The notes under the pieces: generated by a model
Databases searched by the model: none
Seen by the model: the letters and a program-made list of their open reading frames with translations, nothing else
Told to the model about the DNA's origin: nothing
Program-made: the position numbers and the translations under genes
From: Methanocella sp.
GTDB taxonomy: Archaea > Thermoproteota > Bathyarchaeia > Bathyarchaeales > Bathycorpusculaceae
Assembly: GCA_050261115.1 (NCBI GenBank)
Contig: JBLNCY010000055.1
Coordinates: forward strand, 1-43,574
Reading direction: 5' to 3'
DNA: 43,574 nt
In this document: piece after piece, positions 1-9,175 of the stretch
Numbering within the stretch: position 1 is the stretch's first letter
Layout: every line of letters begins with the position of its first letter

Positions 1-150
1 TTTTTCCTACAAACCCAGAAATACCCTTTGGAATTTGCATAGTTAACTCATTTAACGCAGATATTTTTCCAAAAGTCTTCACAAGATTAAACGTTTCTAC
101 GATAAATTCTTCCGTCAAAGCCCCCTCCCATTTTTTAACTCTCCTGTGTG

Positions 151-1053
151 TTAGTTTTTCTTTCTCTTGCGTTTAATTATTAAAGTGGCGATTAGCAAAA
201 CTATTGCTACGGGTATTATAGCGTAATATAGCATTTGCATCCAGTTTATTTCTGAATGCTCAGGTCCCAAGTCAATGTTTGTCTCAGAAACCCACCCAAC
301 AGTACCATAGGAAATGCCGACTGCTGCAAAGATGGGATCCCAACTAAATCCACCTCCACCCATGCCGATCATACCAAGACCAGTATCCAAATCATAAGAT
401 GCCGCAAGCCTCAGAGGGTTATTCTTAATTGTAACCTGTGTACCTGTTTGAAAAGTGTATTGTTTTCCCTCCTCATGAACCGTTATGTCAGTTGTTATTG
501 TTTCAGAATCTTCTTCCCATATAATTATTTCTTGGCCATCACTTGGGTTTGCAGGCAACCACAAATGCGTAGTACCCAAAAACACCCCATCAGCATTATA
601 AACACCCCTAGTGTAGAGATCAACATAAACCTCAGCCGTACGCTGCAAAGACACCTCTTCAGAAGAATTATTAATCCACTCTAAATTTTCCTTATGAAAA
701 CCCAGTTTTCCAACGTAGTCAAGCGTAACCTGCAACTTTGCCATAGTGGCATTAACACTTACACACCGCCATATTAAACTAGAACTAATAGTCTCAAGAA
801 CAGCATCTACCTGTTGACCGGGTAGTATGTAATTGGTTCCAGTAAAATTGGGATTAGATAAATCAAAAACACCCACAGCGCCTAAACTAGAAGCACCTGA
901 GAGGGAAGGTTCGTATTTTACGTATGCACCTTCTTCTAGCCATGAAGGAGCAAAAGCATCCCGTGCAGTGACAACCGGGATAAACATGCCAAAAACACAC
1001 AAGCATATCATTACAGAAACTAAAAATTTATTTTTGTTGCTTAAATTTATCAC
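151..1053 (-). CDS. Hypothetical secreted/surface protein with C-terminal membrane anchor
   Basis: 300-aa ORF with an N-terminal signal-like hydrophobic stretch (FLVSVMICLCVFGMFIPVVTA) and a C-terminal TM helix followed by a basic tail (KRKRKKN); AT-rich DNA. Confidence 0.8.
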   Translation of the reverse strand: MINLSNKNKFLVSVMICLCVFGMFIPVVTARDAFAPSWLEEGAYVKYEPSLSGASSLGAVGVFDLSNPNFTGTNYILPGQQVDAVLETISSSLIWRCVSVNATMAKLQVTLDYVGKLGFHKENLEWINNSSEEVSLQRTAEVYVDLYTRGVYNADGVFLGTTHLWLPANPSDGQEIIIWEEDSETITTDITVHEEGKQYTFQTGTQVTIKNNPLRLAASYDLDTGLGMIGMGGGGFSWDPIFAAVGISYGTVGWVSETNIDLGPEHSEINWMQMLYYAIIPVAIVLLIATLIIKRKRKKN

Positions 1054-1113
1054 TTTCTACCCTCACTCATTATTTCCAACTGATTGGTTTATTAATTTTT
1101 TCCATTACTACAC

Positions 1114-2203
1114 TAGACCTTAGTCCCTATTACATACCGATTTTTCCTTTGGACATTTATCACTAACTGATCCGATTTTAGATAATTAATTTTCCAGCTA
1201 TACGAAAGTTAACCAATCCGCTAACAACATCAGTCATAACATCGTAATGTTTGAGGCGGTTCCTAAACTCATCAGCCCATATACGAAACTTTTTCACCCT
1301 AGAATACGTATGCTCCACAACCACCCTCTCCTTCGACAACGCCTTATTGAAAGCCTTCTGCTCCTCTGAAAGCTCCTCTGCCTTGACACCTATTTTGCCT
1401 CGTCCAGGATTTTTCCTCTTGATAGGCAACACGCAGTTCAGTTTAGGATAATCATCCTTTATTCCAAGATAGCCCAAATCAAAATATTGAAGCACTCTAT
1501 CAGGCAAATATGGGTGGCTATGCTTGTAGAGAGCGTAGTCATGCATGCTTCCCCTAACATGACTTGTCTTATGCACGATTAGGCCTTGTTTATTCACAGT
1601 GAACTGAGTCTTTACGGTGTGTTTCTTTCTTTTGCCGCTGTAGTGTGTCTTACGTTTACGCTTGCCATGTGGTCGCGGGATTTCTTGCTCGGTTGCATCC
1701 AAGAAAGCCTTAAAGCTTGGAAACATTGCTTCAATTTCCTCAACCGACTGTAGCCGCCTGACCTTGTCATGCTCCAATTTTGGCAGAGGTAGAACCTCTC
1801 TAACCAGAGGCTCTAGTTTTCTGATGCTTTTGAGCACGCTGGTTTGGCTGATACAGAAGAGGTAGCCTAAAAGTGTTGATGACGGATACATATGGTAGTA
1901 AATGAGGAGCATGAGTAAGCGGTCTGTTAGGGAGAGGCGAAATGGGTGGCCTGCGCCGACTGCTCTTTTTCTATTCTCTCGCTTTAGCCGTTTTTCTTCA
2001 AAGGCGGGGTATTTCTCGTTTATCCTTTGGTTTAGGGTGTCGAATTCTTGTAGTTGGAGGCCTGAAAAATTCCTAAAATGCAGGGGATTTTTAGATAATG
2101 CTCTGTAATTTAGCATGCAAACAGCTCAAAAGCCAAATATTGGGCTCATATGCTAATAAAACCTTCGTTTCAGCCTTAAAACGTTAATTGAAACTAAGGT
2201 CTA
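1114..2203 (-). mobile_element. IS5-family (ISL2-like) insertion sequence
   Basis: Terminal inverted repeats TAGACCTTAGT (1114-1124) and ACTAAGGTCTA (2193-2203), extending imperfectly to about 19 bp, bracket one transposase ORF; the outer TA is the probable target-site duplication. Confidence 0.88.
1178..2116 (-). CDS. IS5-family DDE transposase (HTH_Tnp_4 + DDE_Tnp_4 type)
   Basis: N-terminal helical region (LSLTDRLLMLLIYY); catalytic-type motifs LDATEQ, YSGKRKKHTVK, FDLGYLG and ERVVVEH. Confidence 0.92.
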   Translation of the reverse strand: MLNYRALSKNPLHFRNFSGLQLQEFDTLNQRINEKYPAFEEKRLKRENRKRAVGAGHPFRLSLTDRLLMLLIYYHMYPSSTLLGYLFCISQTSVLKSIRKLEPLVREVLPLPKLEHDKVRRLQSVEEIEAMFPSFKAFLDATEQEIPRPHGKRKRKTHYSGKRKKHTVKTQFTVNKQGLIVHKTSHVRGSMHDYALYKHSHPYLPDRVLQYFDLGYLGIKDDYPKLNCVLPIKRKNPGRGKIGVKAEELSEEQKAFNKALSKERVVVEHTYSRVKKFRIWADEFRNRLKHYDVMTDVVSGLVNFRIAGKLII

Positions 2204-2245
2204 ATAAAGATTAATGCCTCCGGCACTGATTTTGGAACGAATAGA

Positions 2246-2854
2246 ATGATTAAACTACAGATAGATGGTTCTTCGTTAGAACGGTTGAAACGATTAACGG
2301 GTGTTATCGACTATCATTTTTTGGGTTTCTCAGTAGACCTCCAAGAGGGGCTTTTAACTGATAACCTTAGGCAGGAATCTATCTACTACGATGACTATTA
2401 CTGCTGGTTACTCTCGAACTTGCTCATCAATTATTCAAACGCTACTTTGAGGGCACTTAGCGGCAATTTAGTAAAACTCGGAGAGTTCCCCGATGGCCTC
2501 GCTAGAGAGAATGGATTCATAAAGACAGCCATTGCACCCATAGCAGAGACCTTCGGCGACAACCCTGCAGAGCTGCCAATAGTTGCTAACCGGTTTGGCG
2601 GTAAAACTTTAGGGCTTGGAGATGCCTCAACTGAAATTCCATCACTAAAAGGCATACCCCTAACCTACATACTCTACGGTGCAGGTGAATTCCCCGCATC
2701 CGCTAACATTCTCTTCGACCAGTCGGCAATTGATTGCTTGCCATTGGAAGCGTTAGTTGTTTTAGGGGAGCTTACAACTGCACGATTAATAGAAGCAAAA
2801 AATACCATAAAAGCGGATAACCACAAACATGCGGAATCAGGGTTTAACCCCTGA
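2246..2854 (+). CDS. DUF3786-domain protein
   Basis: C-terminal motif GDAS..IP..KGIPLTYILYGAGEFPASANILFD is typical of DUF3786. Confidence 0.75.
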   Translation: MIKLQIDGSSLERLKRLTGVIDYHFLGFSVDLQEGLLTDNLRQESIYYDDYYCWLLSNLLINYSNATLRALSGNLVKLGEFPDGLARENGFIKTAIAPIAETFGDNPAELPIVANRFGGKTLGLGDASTEIPSLKGIPLTYILYGAGEFPASANILFDQSAIDCLPLEALVVLGELTTARLIEAKNTIKADNHKHAESGFNP

Positions 2855-3619
2855 CACCAAGACATTGGTAACAGACGCCAAAAAAGTGCCCGCGTCAACT
2901 TTTCTCTTTAACTCTTGATTCCAGCTGTCAGCTTGTGTCTGAGTGATAATTTCATCAGCTACTGCTCCGCTTATTATCCAATTTAAGAAGTAGTCTCTTG
3001 TGAGGTTTCCTAAAGAATGTGTTATAAACTCAGTGGAGACGTCTTTGTAGTTGTTCTTTTGTAGAATTTCGGTTAGTTGCCTACCAGCGAACCCATTTGG
3101 TCGCATCTTTAACCCGAAATGGTTGATTACTTTCCGTTCGAACTCGTTATCGCTGAAATTAACCGACAAGGTTGCTAGGTCCATGTCCACCATTACAATT
3201 CTGCCATTGCTTGCTAAAACTCTGTTTAGCTCAGCAAAAATCGGGTCAATAGCCGTTTTAGGGAATACCTGAAATAGCCGTTCTAAATGAATTCTGTTAA
3301 AGCCCCCGTCCCGAAAAGGAAGCGAAAAAACGCTGCCTTGAATGTGCTGTATGCTTTTAGTGGCGCCTATTTTTTCCAGTTCCCGGTTTGCTGCCTTTAT
3401 CATTTCGAGATCAAGGTCAACTCCAACAATTATGCCTCTATCGCCAATGTATTCTGATAACGGTATTGTATCGACCGCTGGACCGCAACCAACATCTAGA
3501 ACATGAGAATCAGACTGTACACGCATTAAATCATAGCTTCTCTGCTTGATATGCATGGTTTCCTCAGCTAAACTTTTCAGCCATTCTACGTTCACAAAAT
3601 TCTTACTTACCGCAGTCAT
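2837..3619 (-). CDS. Class I SAM-dependent methyltransferase
   Basis: Motif I VLDVGCGPA, acidic VGVD, GSVFSLPF and ELNRVLASNGRI. Confidence 0.9.
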   Translation of the reverse strand: MTAVSKNFVNVEWLKSLAEETMHIKQRSYDLMRVQSDSHVLDVGCGPAVDTIPLSEYIGDRGIIVGVDLDLEMIKAANRELEKIGATKSIQHIQGSVFSLPFRDGGFNRIHLERLFQVFPKTAIDPIFAELNRVLASNGRIVMVDMDLATLSVNFSDNEFERKVINHFGLKMRPNGFAGRQLTEILQKNNYKDVSTEFITHSLGNLTRDYFLNWIISGAVADEIITQTQADSWNQELKRKVDAGTFLASVTNVLVSGVKP

Positions 3620-3805
3620 TCCAAGTCAGCTAAACCTTTAGAATTAAACTGTAATAAAACTGCCGACACAGCCACATCGATACATTTATCCTGTCTTCCC
3701 TGAAATGCTTCTCAAATGATTAATAAGAGAGTCCATTCTTTTGAAGAGAGCCAATTGTACATGTTAAAACAGTTTATCATCTGAATAGAGAGGGAAAATT
3801 TCGGA

Positions 3806-4135
3806 TTGTTTGGGCTAGAGGCGTATTTCTGGTTAATCTTGGGCGGGTTATTGGAGCCCTTATGGGTTTTGGCGATGAAAAAGTCGGATAGCTTCAAGAA
3901 TCGCCTATGGACAGTCCTGGCCATAATTCTCATTGTTGCAAGTCCGGGGTGTCTTTCGTTGGCTATGCGGGAGATCCCTGTGGGCACGGCGTATGCGGTG
4001 TGGACGGGGATAGGCGCAGTAGGCACAGTAGTGCTCGGCGTAGCGTTCTATAAGGAGAAGGTCAATTGGAAGGGCATATTCTTCATTACGCTCATAATTG
4101 TCGGGGCAGTGGGGCTAGGCTTGGGGGTGTCCTAA
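3806..4135 (+). CDS. SMR-family exporter (Gdx/SugE-like), subunit 1
   Basis: 109 aa, 4 TM helices, membrane Glu in GGLLEP, and IPVGTAYAVWTGIGAVG signature. Confidence 0.9.
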   Translation: MFGLEAYFWLILGGLLEPLWVLAMKKSDSFKNRLWTVLAIILIVASPGCLSLAMREIPVGTAYAVWTGIGAVGTVVLGVAFYKEKVNWKGIFFITLIIVGAVGLGLGVS

Positions 4136-4524
4136 TGAAGGTAGGTGCGTGGACTTGGGTGCTGCTTGGAGGCATCTTTGAGACCGCTTGGGCGGTTACC
4201 ATGAAGTACTCTGAGGGATTTACCCAAATCTTCTGGACCGCCGCTACGTTAGCATTCTTGGGATGCAGCATCTATCTGCTCAATGGGGGCATGAAGCGAG
4301 GTGTCCCCGTAGGCGGAGGCTACGCCGTATGGGTAGGCATCGGGGCAGTCGGGAGCATCATAATGGGGCTAATCCTCTTCGCCGAACCACTAGACAGTAC
4401 AAGATTAGCATTTGCAGCTCTTATCATAGTTGGAATCATAGGGGTCGAACTGACCTGCAACCCCACAAAACAAGAATGCAACCAAAAGCCGCAACTCACA
4501 AAACGTAACAGCGAGATGTTGTGA
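4135..4524 (+). CDS. SMR-family exporter (Gdx/SugE-like), subunit 2
   Basis: True start is the ATG at 4135 overlapping the upstream TAA (TAATG); motifs GGIFETAWAVTMKYSEGF and YAVWVGIGAVG. Confidence 0.9.
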   Translation: MKVGAWTWVLLGGIFETAWAVTMKYSEGFTQIFWTAATLAFLGCSIYLLNGGMKRGVPVGGGYAVWVGIGAVGSIIMGLILFAEPLDSTRLAFAALIIVGIIGVELTCNPTKQECNQKPQLTKRNSEML

Positions 4525-4772
4525 AAAGAAGCGTGGGCTCAATAGCTCTGAAGGGCAATAGCAAGCTACAAGCTCCCTAAGCCGCTTGCACTCTTTACAA
4601 CCAGAGCCATCCTGAGCCATAACTAAATCGCAAAAGTAAGCCGTAACAGTAGATTAATGGCTTGAGAGCCTAAACAGGATAATATCGCAAATAGGAAGGT
4701 TACATTTATGTTGTTTCCTTTACTCTCTTACTAGAATTTACGTTTGATAGCTTAGAATACAATCCAGTAAAA

Positions 4773-5945
4773 TCATTGCTTCAAGTTAGCGGTTTTTCGC
4801 TTTCTGAAAAGCAACACTAATGCGATAACAACCGCTAAAAGAATAGAAGTAACCAATATGACTGTTGAAGTTGGGAACGACTCGGGGCTGGTGTCGTTAG
4901 GATATACATCGTTGTACTGTGTGGCGATGTTGCCAGAAATTATGCCGCCAAGTCTGTTAAATGTGCCAGCATTATATACGCCTCCACCAACGTCAGCTTT
5001 ATTGTTAGAAATTACAGCATTTTCAGACAAGCTAAAATTACCATCCGGATAGTTGTATACCCCACCCCCCTGTGTAGCTTGATTATTAGAAATCACACCA
5101 CCAGACATACTAAAGATGCCACTGTTAGAAACCCCTCCACCTGATTGCATGAAATTTCCACCTTCATTGTCGGAAATTTCACCGCCAGACATGCTGAAGA
5201 TGGCACTGTTTTGCACTCCTCCGCCATCGTTGTTACTGATTAAACCCCCAGACATATTGAACACGCCGTAGCTCCAGCCTAAGTTGTACGTACCGCGGTT
5301 AATCACGCCAAAGCCTGTGTTGTTGGAGATTTCACCCCCAAACATGCTAAACGTACCGTGGTCACTATTATACACGGCACCGCCATAACCGGCATTGGCA
5401 TTGTTATTGGAAATTTTGCCGCCATGCATTTCAAACGTGCCACTATTAACTATGGCGCCGCCCAAAGGATTGCCTGAAATCTCGCCATTATACAAGACAA
5501 GAGTGCCACTTACGCTCACAAGATTGTTCCAAGCAAGAGGGTAATTTGCGCATGTCACAATGATACAGTCAATCTTTAGCACTCCGCTGTTTTCTACGTA
5601 AATGACGGCTTTAGGATATTCGGTTGGGCCAAGTGTAGAACGATCGGTGTCTCCGCCAATCAGTTTGAAAAATTTAGACGTGCCAATACTTGTTAGGGTG
5701 ATGTCTTTGTTAGCAGGAATAACAAGTTGTTCTGTAAGTGTAATATCGTTATCAAGAGCGATAACTATAGGTCCCGCAGCGTTGTTAACAGCATTTCTAA
5801 GGTCCGTCTCGTTACTAACTATCCTGTCCGGTGAACGCTGCAAAGTTGCTTGACCCGCAACAGGAGGCAAAACCACAATAACCGACATAGCTATCAACAA
5901 CACAAGCAAGATAGCACAAAATTTTCGTAGTTTTGTTTCAATCAT
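4773..5945 (-). CDS. Surface protein with parallel beta-helix repeats (adhesin/Pmp-like) and C-terminal anchor
   Basis: Signal peptide; about 8 repeats of the type F.M.GG.IS.N...GGGV.N; C-terminal PESFPT followed by a TM helix and FRKRK. Confidence 0.82.
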   Translation of the reverse strand: MIETKLRKFCAILLVLLIAMSVIVVLPPVAGQATLQRSPDRIVSNETDLRNAVNNAAGPIVIALDNDITLTEQLVIPANKDITLTSIGTSKFFKLIGGDTDRSTLGPTEYPKAVIYVENSGVLKIDCIIVTCANYPLAWNNLVSVSGTLVLYNGEISGNPLGGAIVNSGTFEMHGGKISNNNANAGYGGAVYNSDHGTFSMFGGEISNNTGFGVINRGTYNLGWSYGVFNMSGGLISNNDGGGVQNSAIFSMSGGEISDNEGGNFMQSGGGVSNSGIFSMSGGVISNNQATQGGGVYNYPDGNFSLSENAVISNNKADVGGGVYNAGTFNRLGGIISGNIATQYNDVYPNDTSPESFPTSTVILVTSILLAVVIALVLLFRKRKTANLKQ

Positions 5946-6284
5946 CAATCTTCTCTTCCAAAGACGTAAACGCTTGTATTAGTTACACAGAAACGCGAGA
6001 GCTCAAAATTAAAAAGCTTTTTCGTCAACATTTCTTGACTAACCTTTTGAAGAGAAAGTGATCGATTTTTAGACACCTCGGGAACAGTTGTGCAGTTAAA
6101 AGGCAGCCCGCCTGCAGGCATGTAGTTGCCGCTAACGGAAGCGTACAACCACCCAGACGCACCTGCTGCCGTGTTAGGGTGCTGAGTCTATAAATAAGGA
6201 AGGTGGGTCTATGGCAGAGCAAATCGATAAAATGTGCTACATCACGAATTGATTTTGAATAAGCAAGTTATTGGGGTTGGTTGT

Positions 6285-6439
6285 TGGTCGGGAGAGCAGG
6301 ATTTGAACCTGCGACAGCTCGGTATCTGTGGCCTAGACAGGCTAGAATGAAGCCCACCATGGGTAGACCTCTACAGCTTCTCCGTCCAATGGCAGGCGCC
6401 AATGGGCTCGAGAGCTCTGCCAGGCTGAGCTACCTCCCG
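6285..6439 (-). tRNA. tRNA-Tyr(GTA) with two introns (30/31 and 37/38), CCA encoded
   Basis: Removing introns 6378-6408 (31 nt) and 6324-6370 (47 nt) leaves a 77-nt cloverleaf: acceptor CGGGAGG/TCTCCCG with C1:G72, anticodon stem CTCGG/CCGAG, loop CT-GTA-GA, T loop TTCAAAT; both junctions fold as bulge-helix-bulge motifs. Confidence 0.93.
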
Positions 6440-6565
6440 AGGTAGAATGAAGCATAAAGACAATGAAAGTACATTTATGTTTTTTGGCGCATCTGGGCTG
6501 AAGATGCCAACTAAACTTTTAATTCTAAGGTTCAACACTTTTGAGTAGATTAGAGGTGTAATGTT

Positions 6566-7531
6566 TTGGCTAAAACGATTGGAATTGTCACGTCAGGCGG
6601 CGATGCCCCCGGCATGAACGCTGCCATACGAGCAGCAACGCGCATAGGTCACTGCAGAGGCTTTAACGTGTTGGGCTTTGAGCGGGGCTGGGATGGATTG
6701 CTAACAAACTGCTTCAAGCGTTTGGGGCCTCGAAGCGTCGGCGGCATCATCCACACCGGCGGCACCATACTACACACCCTGCGATGCCCAGCCTTTGAGC
6801 AGCCAGAAAGCCAAGAGATCGCTGCCCAAACACTTAGCCAAAACAACGTCGAAGCGTTGATCGTCATCGGCGGGGACGGCTCTTTCCGCGGCGGATTGGA
6901 GCTTAGCAAAAGAAGCGGAGTGCAAATTATCGGCATACCCGCCACCATCGACAACGACGTGTATGGAACCGACGAGACCATCGGGTTTGACACAGCCGTC
7001 AACACCGCAGTAGGAGCCATCGACAAAATCCGTGACACCGCCATAAGTCACGAGCGCATATTTGTTGTTGAAGTGATGGGCCGTAAAAGAGGCTTTCTTG
7101 CCCTCAACGTGGGGTTATCGGTTGGCGCTGAAGTCATCTTAATCCCCGAGAAGCCCCTGGATACCAACGAAGTTATCAATATAATGGAGAAAAACGCTCA
7201 GAAGGGCAAACACGCTGGCATCATCGTTATGGCTGAAGGCGCCGGCGACTCCAACCAGTTAACCAAGGATCTGCAGAAACAAACCGAGTCAGAGGTGAGG
7301 TTGTCGATTGTGGGTTATGCACAGCGAGGCGGCACCCCCACGGCGCGTAGCAGGCTTTTGGCAAGCTTGTTTGCAGAGAAAGCGATAGAATTAATCTGTG
7401 AAGGCAGCGGCAACAGAGCAGTTGGCCTGCAAAACGGCGCTATTACAAGCATCGAATTGGAGCGGGCGACTTCTGAGAAGAAAAAAATCGACCTACGTCT
7501 GTTGCAAGTAGCGGATATGCTTTCTGCTTAA
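6566..7531 (+). CDS. pfkA: 6-phosphofructokinase, PfkA family (probably ATP-dependent)
   Basis: TSGGDAPGMNAAIRA, IGGDGS, PATIDND, IGFDTAVNT, VEVMGR and QRGGTPT; GAGGTG RBS upstream. Confidence 0.95.
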   Translation: MAKTIGIVTSGGDAPGMNAAIRAATRIGHCRGFNVLGFERGWDGLLTNCFKRLGPRSVGGIIHTGGTILHTLRCPAFEQPESQEIAAQTLSQNNVEALIVIGGDGSFRGGLELSKRSGVQIIGIPATIDNDVYGTDETIGFDTAVNTAVGAIDKIRDTAISHERIFVVEVMGRKRGFLALNVGLSVGAEVILIPEKPLDTNEVINIMEKNAQKGKHAGIIVMAEGAGDSNQLTKDLQKQTESEVRLSIVGYAQRGGTPTARSRLLASLFAEKAIELICEGSGNRAVGLQNGAITSIELERATSEKKKIDLRLLQVADMLSA

Positions 7532-7633
7532 GTCATACCCCTCTTTTGGTACATTATTCTTTGCATGCCAACTTTTCTGGAATGCAAGGGTTGTTTTAAG
7601 AGAGTAGCATGGAGCAGTCTGTCTTGGCCGAGT

Positions 7634-8743
7634 TTAGGCTGATGGGGCGTGAGGGGTAATGGGAGGAGAGGGTGGCATGTTTTGTGGTTTTTCGCGTGAG
7701 AAGATGAGGCTTGTTGATTTGACTACCTGTGGAACCCCGATGAGGTCTTCGATGATGAGGAGTCCGCGTGCAACTATTGCGAATGCGCCTGCGGTGGCTG
7801 GGGGTACGCCTAGGAGGCCAAGGACGCCGATTATGGCAAATTCTTGTACACCGATTCCTGCGGGAGTGATTGGTACAAATGCTAGCGCGGTTACGAGTGG
7901 GTGAATCAGGAAATAGGTAATCCAGGGTATGTCTGTTATGCCAAGTGCTAAACCCAAAAAGTACCATTCTAACCCTTTAAGGAGCCAACATATCATTGTG
8001 AAGCCCAAGATCGAGGGAATAGAGTTTTTTGTGCTGTGAGAGCTTTCTTTGTATTCTTCTAGTTTTCCGATTAGTTTTCCGGTAAAGCGTTTTAGGAAGC
8101 GCCAGTTTGCGATGCGATCAAAGAGGCCGATGGCGCGTTTTGACCATGTGAATGCAGCCAGCACAATGGCGCCTGTAAGCATTAGAGCAATACCGAGGCT
8201 TGCGGCGACTATGCCTATGTTTATTCCAAAAATGCTTCCTTTGAAGACTTCATCCCAGGTGGCCATTGGAACGATGTTGACAAGTAAGAGGACCGCGCCT
8301 ACACCGCCAGCGACTTTGACTAGGAACTCTATGGTTTGTATACCAAGAATCGCTGAGAGACTTTTTGAGGTGGAGACATTTTGGTCTTTTAGGTATAGGG
8401 GTGTGAGCATGTATCCTGAACGTCCAGGGGTGACGTCGCTTGTCAACATACCTGCATACTGGGCGAGGAGCGTTTTGCCAAAGGAGGTTTTGATTCCGTC
8501 TTTTGCCAGCACTCTCTGAAGCCGCACAGCAAAGAAGACGTTTATTCCAAAGTACATCACAAACGCCAAAAGCAAATACTCAAGCTTAATGCCAATTAAT
8601 TCATTAAGGAGCGAGTCTAAGCCGACGTACCATAGCAACGCGGCGAAGATTGCCACCATACAAACGATTTGTAGAGCATATTTGAGGAATCTCTTTGAGG
8701 AGTTCTTTTGCTGTGCCTGTTGCGGGAGGTGCGGATTCGTCAT
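7634..8743 (-). CDS. Lysylphosphatidylglycerol-synthase TM-domain (flippase-like, UPF0104) membrane protein
   Basis: Multi-TM protein with VTPGRSG and VPITPAGIGVQE motifs. Confidence 0.85.
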   Translation of the reverse strand: MTNPHLPQQAQQKNSSKRFLKYALQIVCMVAIFAALLWYVGLDSLLNELIGIKLEYLLLAFVMYFGINVFFAVRLQRVLAKDGIKTSFGKTLLAQYAGMLTSDVTPGRSGYMLTPLYLKDQNVSTSKSLSAILGIQTIEFLVKVAGGVGAVLLLVNIVPMATWDEVFKGSIFGINIGIVAASLGIALMLTGAIVLAAFTWSKRAIGLFDRIANWRFLKRFTGKLIGKLEEYKESSHSTKNSIPSILGFTMICWLLKGLEWYFLGLALGITDIPWITYFLIHPLVTALAFVPITPAGIGVQEFAIIGVLGLLGVPPATAGAFAIVARGLLIIEDLIGVPQVVKSTSLIFSREKPQNMPPSPPITPHAPSA

Positions 8744-8825
8744 GACATATAGGAATCGGGATATTAAGTTAAATGGGTTGCGGAAAAAGTTGCTGCTCTG
8801 CGCCTCCAGGACTAGCTGGCTGTGT

Positions 8826-9005
8826 TTAGGGGCGTACGCATTCTGCTTTTGGTCGGTAAGGTCGTTTTGTTGTTCGTCTGCGGTGGTGGTAAGCGCATTC
8901 GTTTACTCGTGTTAGCATCCAGCCTTTGTCTTGATAGATGCATCCGCAGGGCAAGTGGACTTCTTTTGATGGTTCGATGGCTGGCGCGTTTTTGGTTTGT
9001 GTCAT
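8826..9005 (-). CDS. Small hypothetical Cys/His-containing protein (59 aa)
   Basis: ATG at 9005 gives MTQTKN...HLPCGC...NECAYHH followed by a basic tail; coding status uncertain. Confidence 0.4.
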   Translation of the reverse strand: MTQTKNAPAIEPSKEVHLPCGCIYQDKGWMLTRVNECAYHHRRRTTKRPYRPKAECVRP

Positions 9006-9175
9006 GATGTTGCCCAAGTTTTGAATGTGAAATGACCGTATTAACTTAACCATTTTTGCTGGCGATTTGGCATGGATAGGAATTGTAACTGGCCCGGTGT
9101 GATTGTGGAGACGGGGGGTTTCTGGTAAGGTATAAGAGTGATTAAGCAGTAGAACCATTGGAAGGGAGTTAATCG

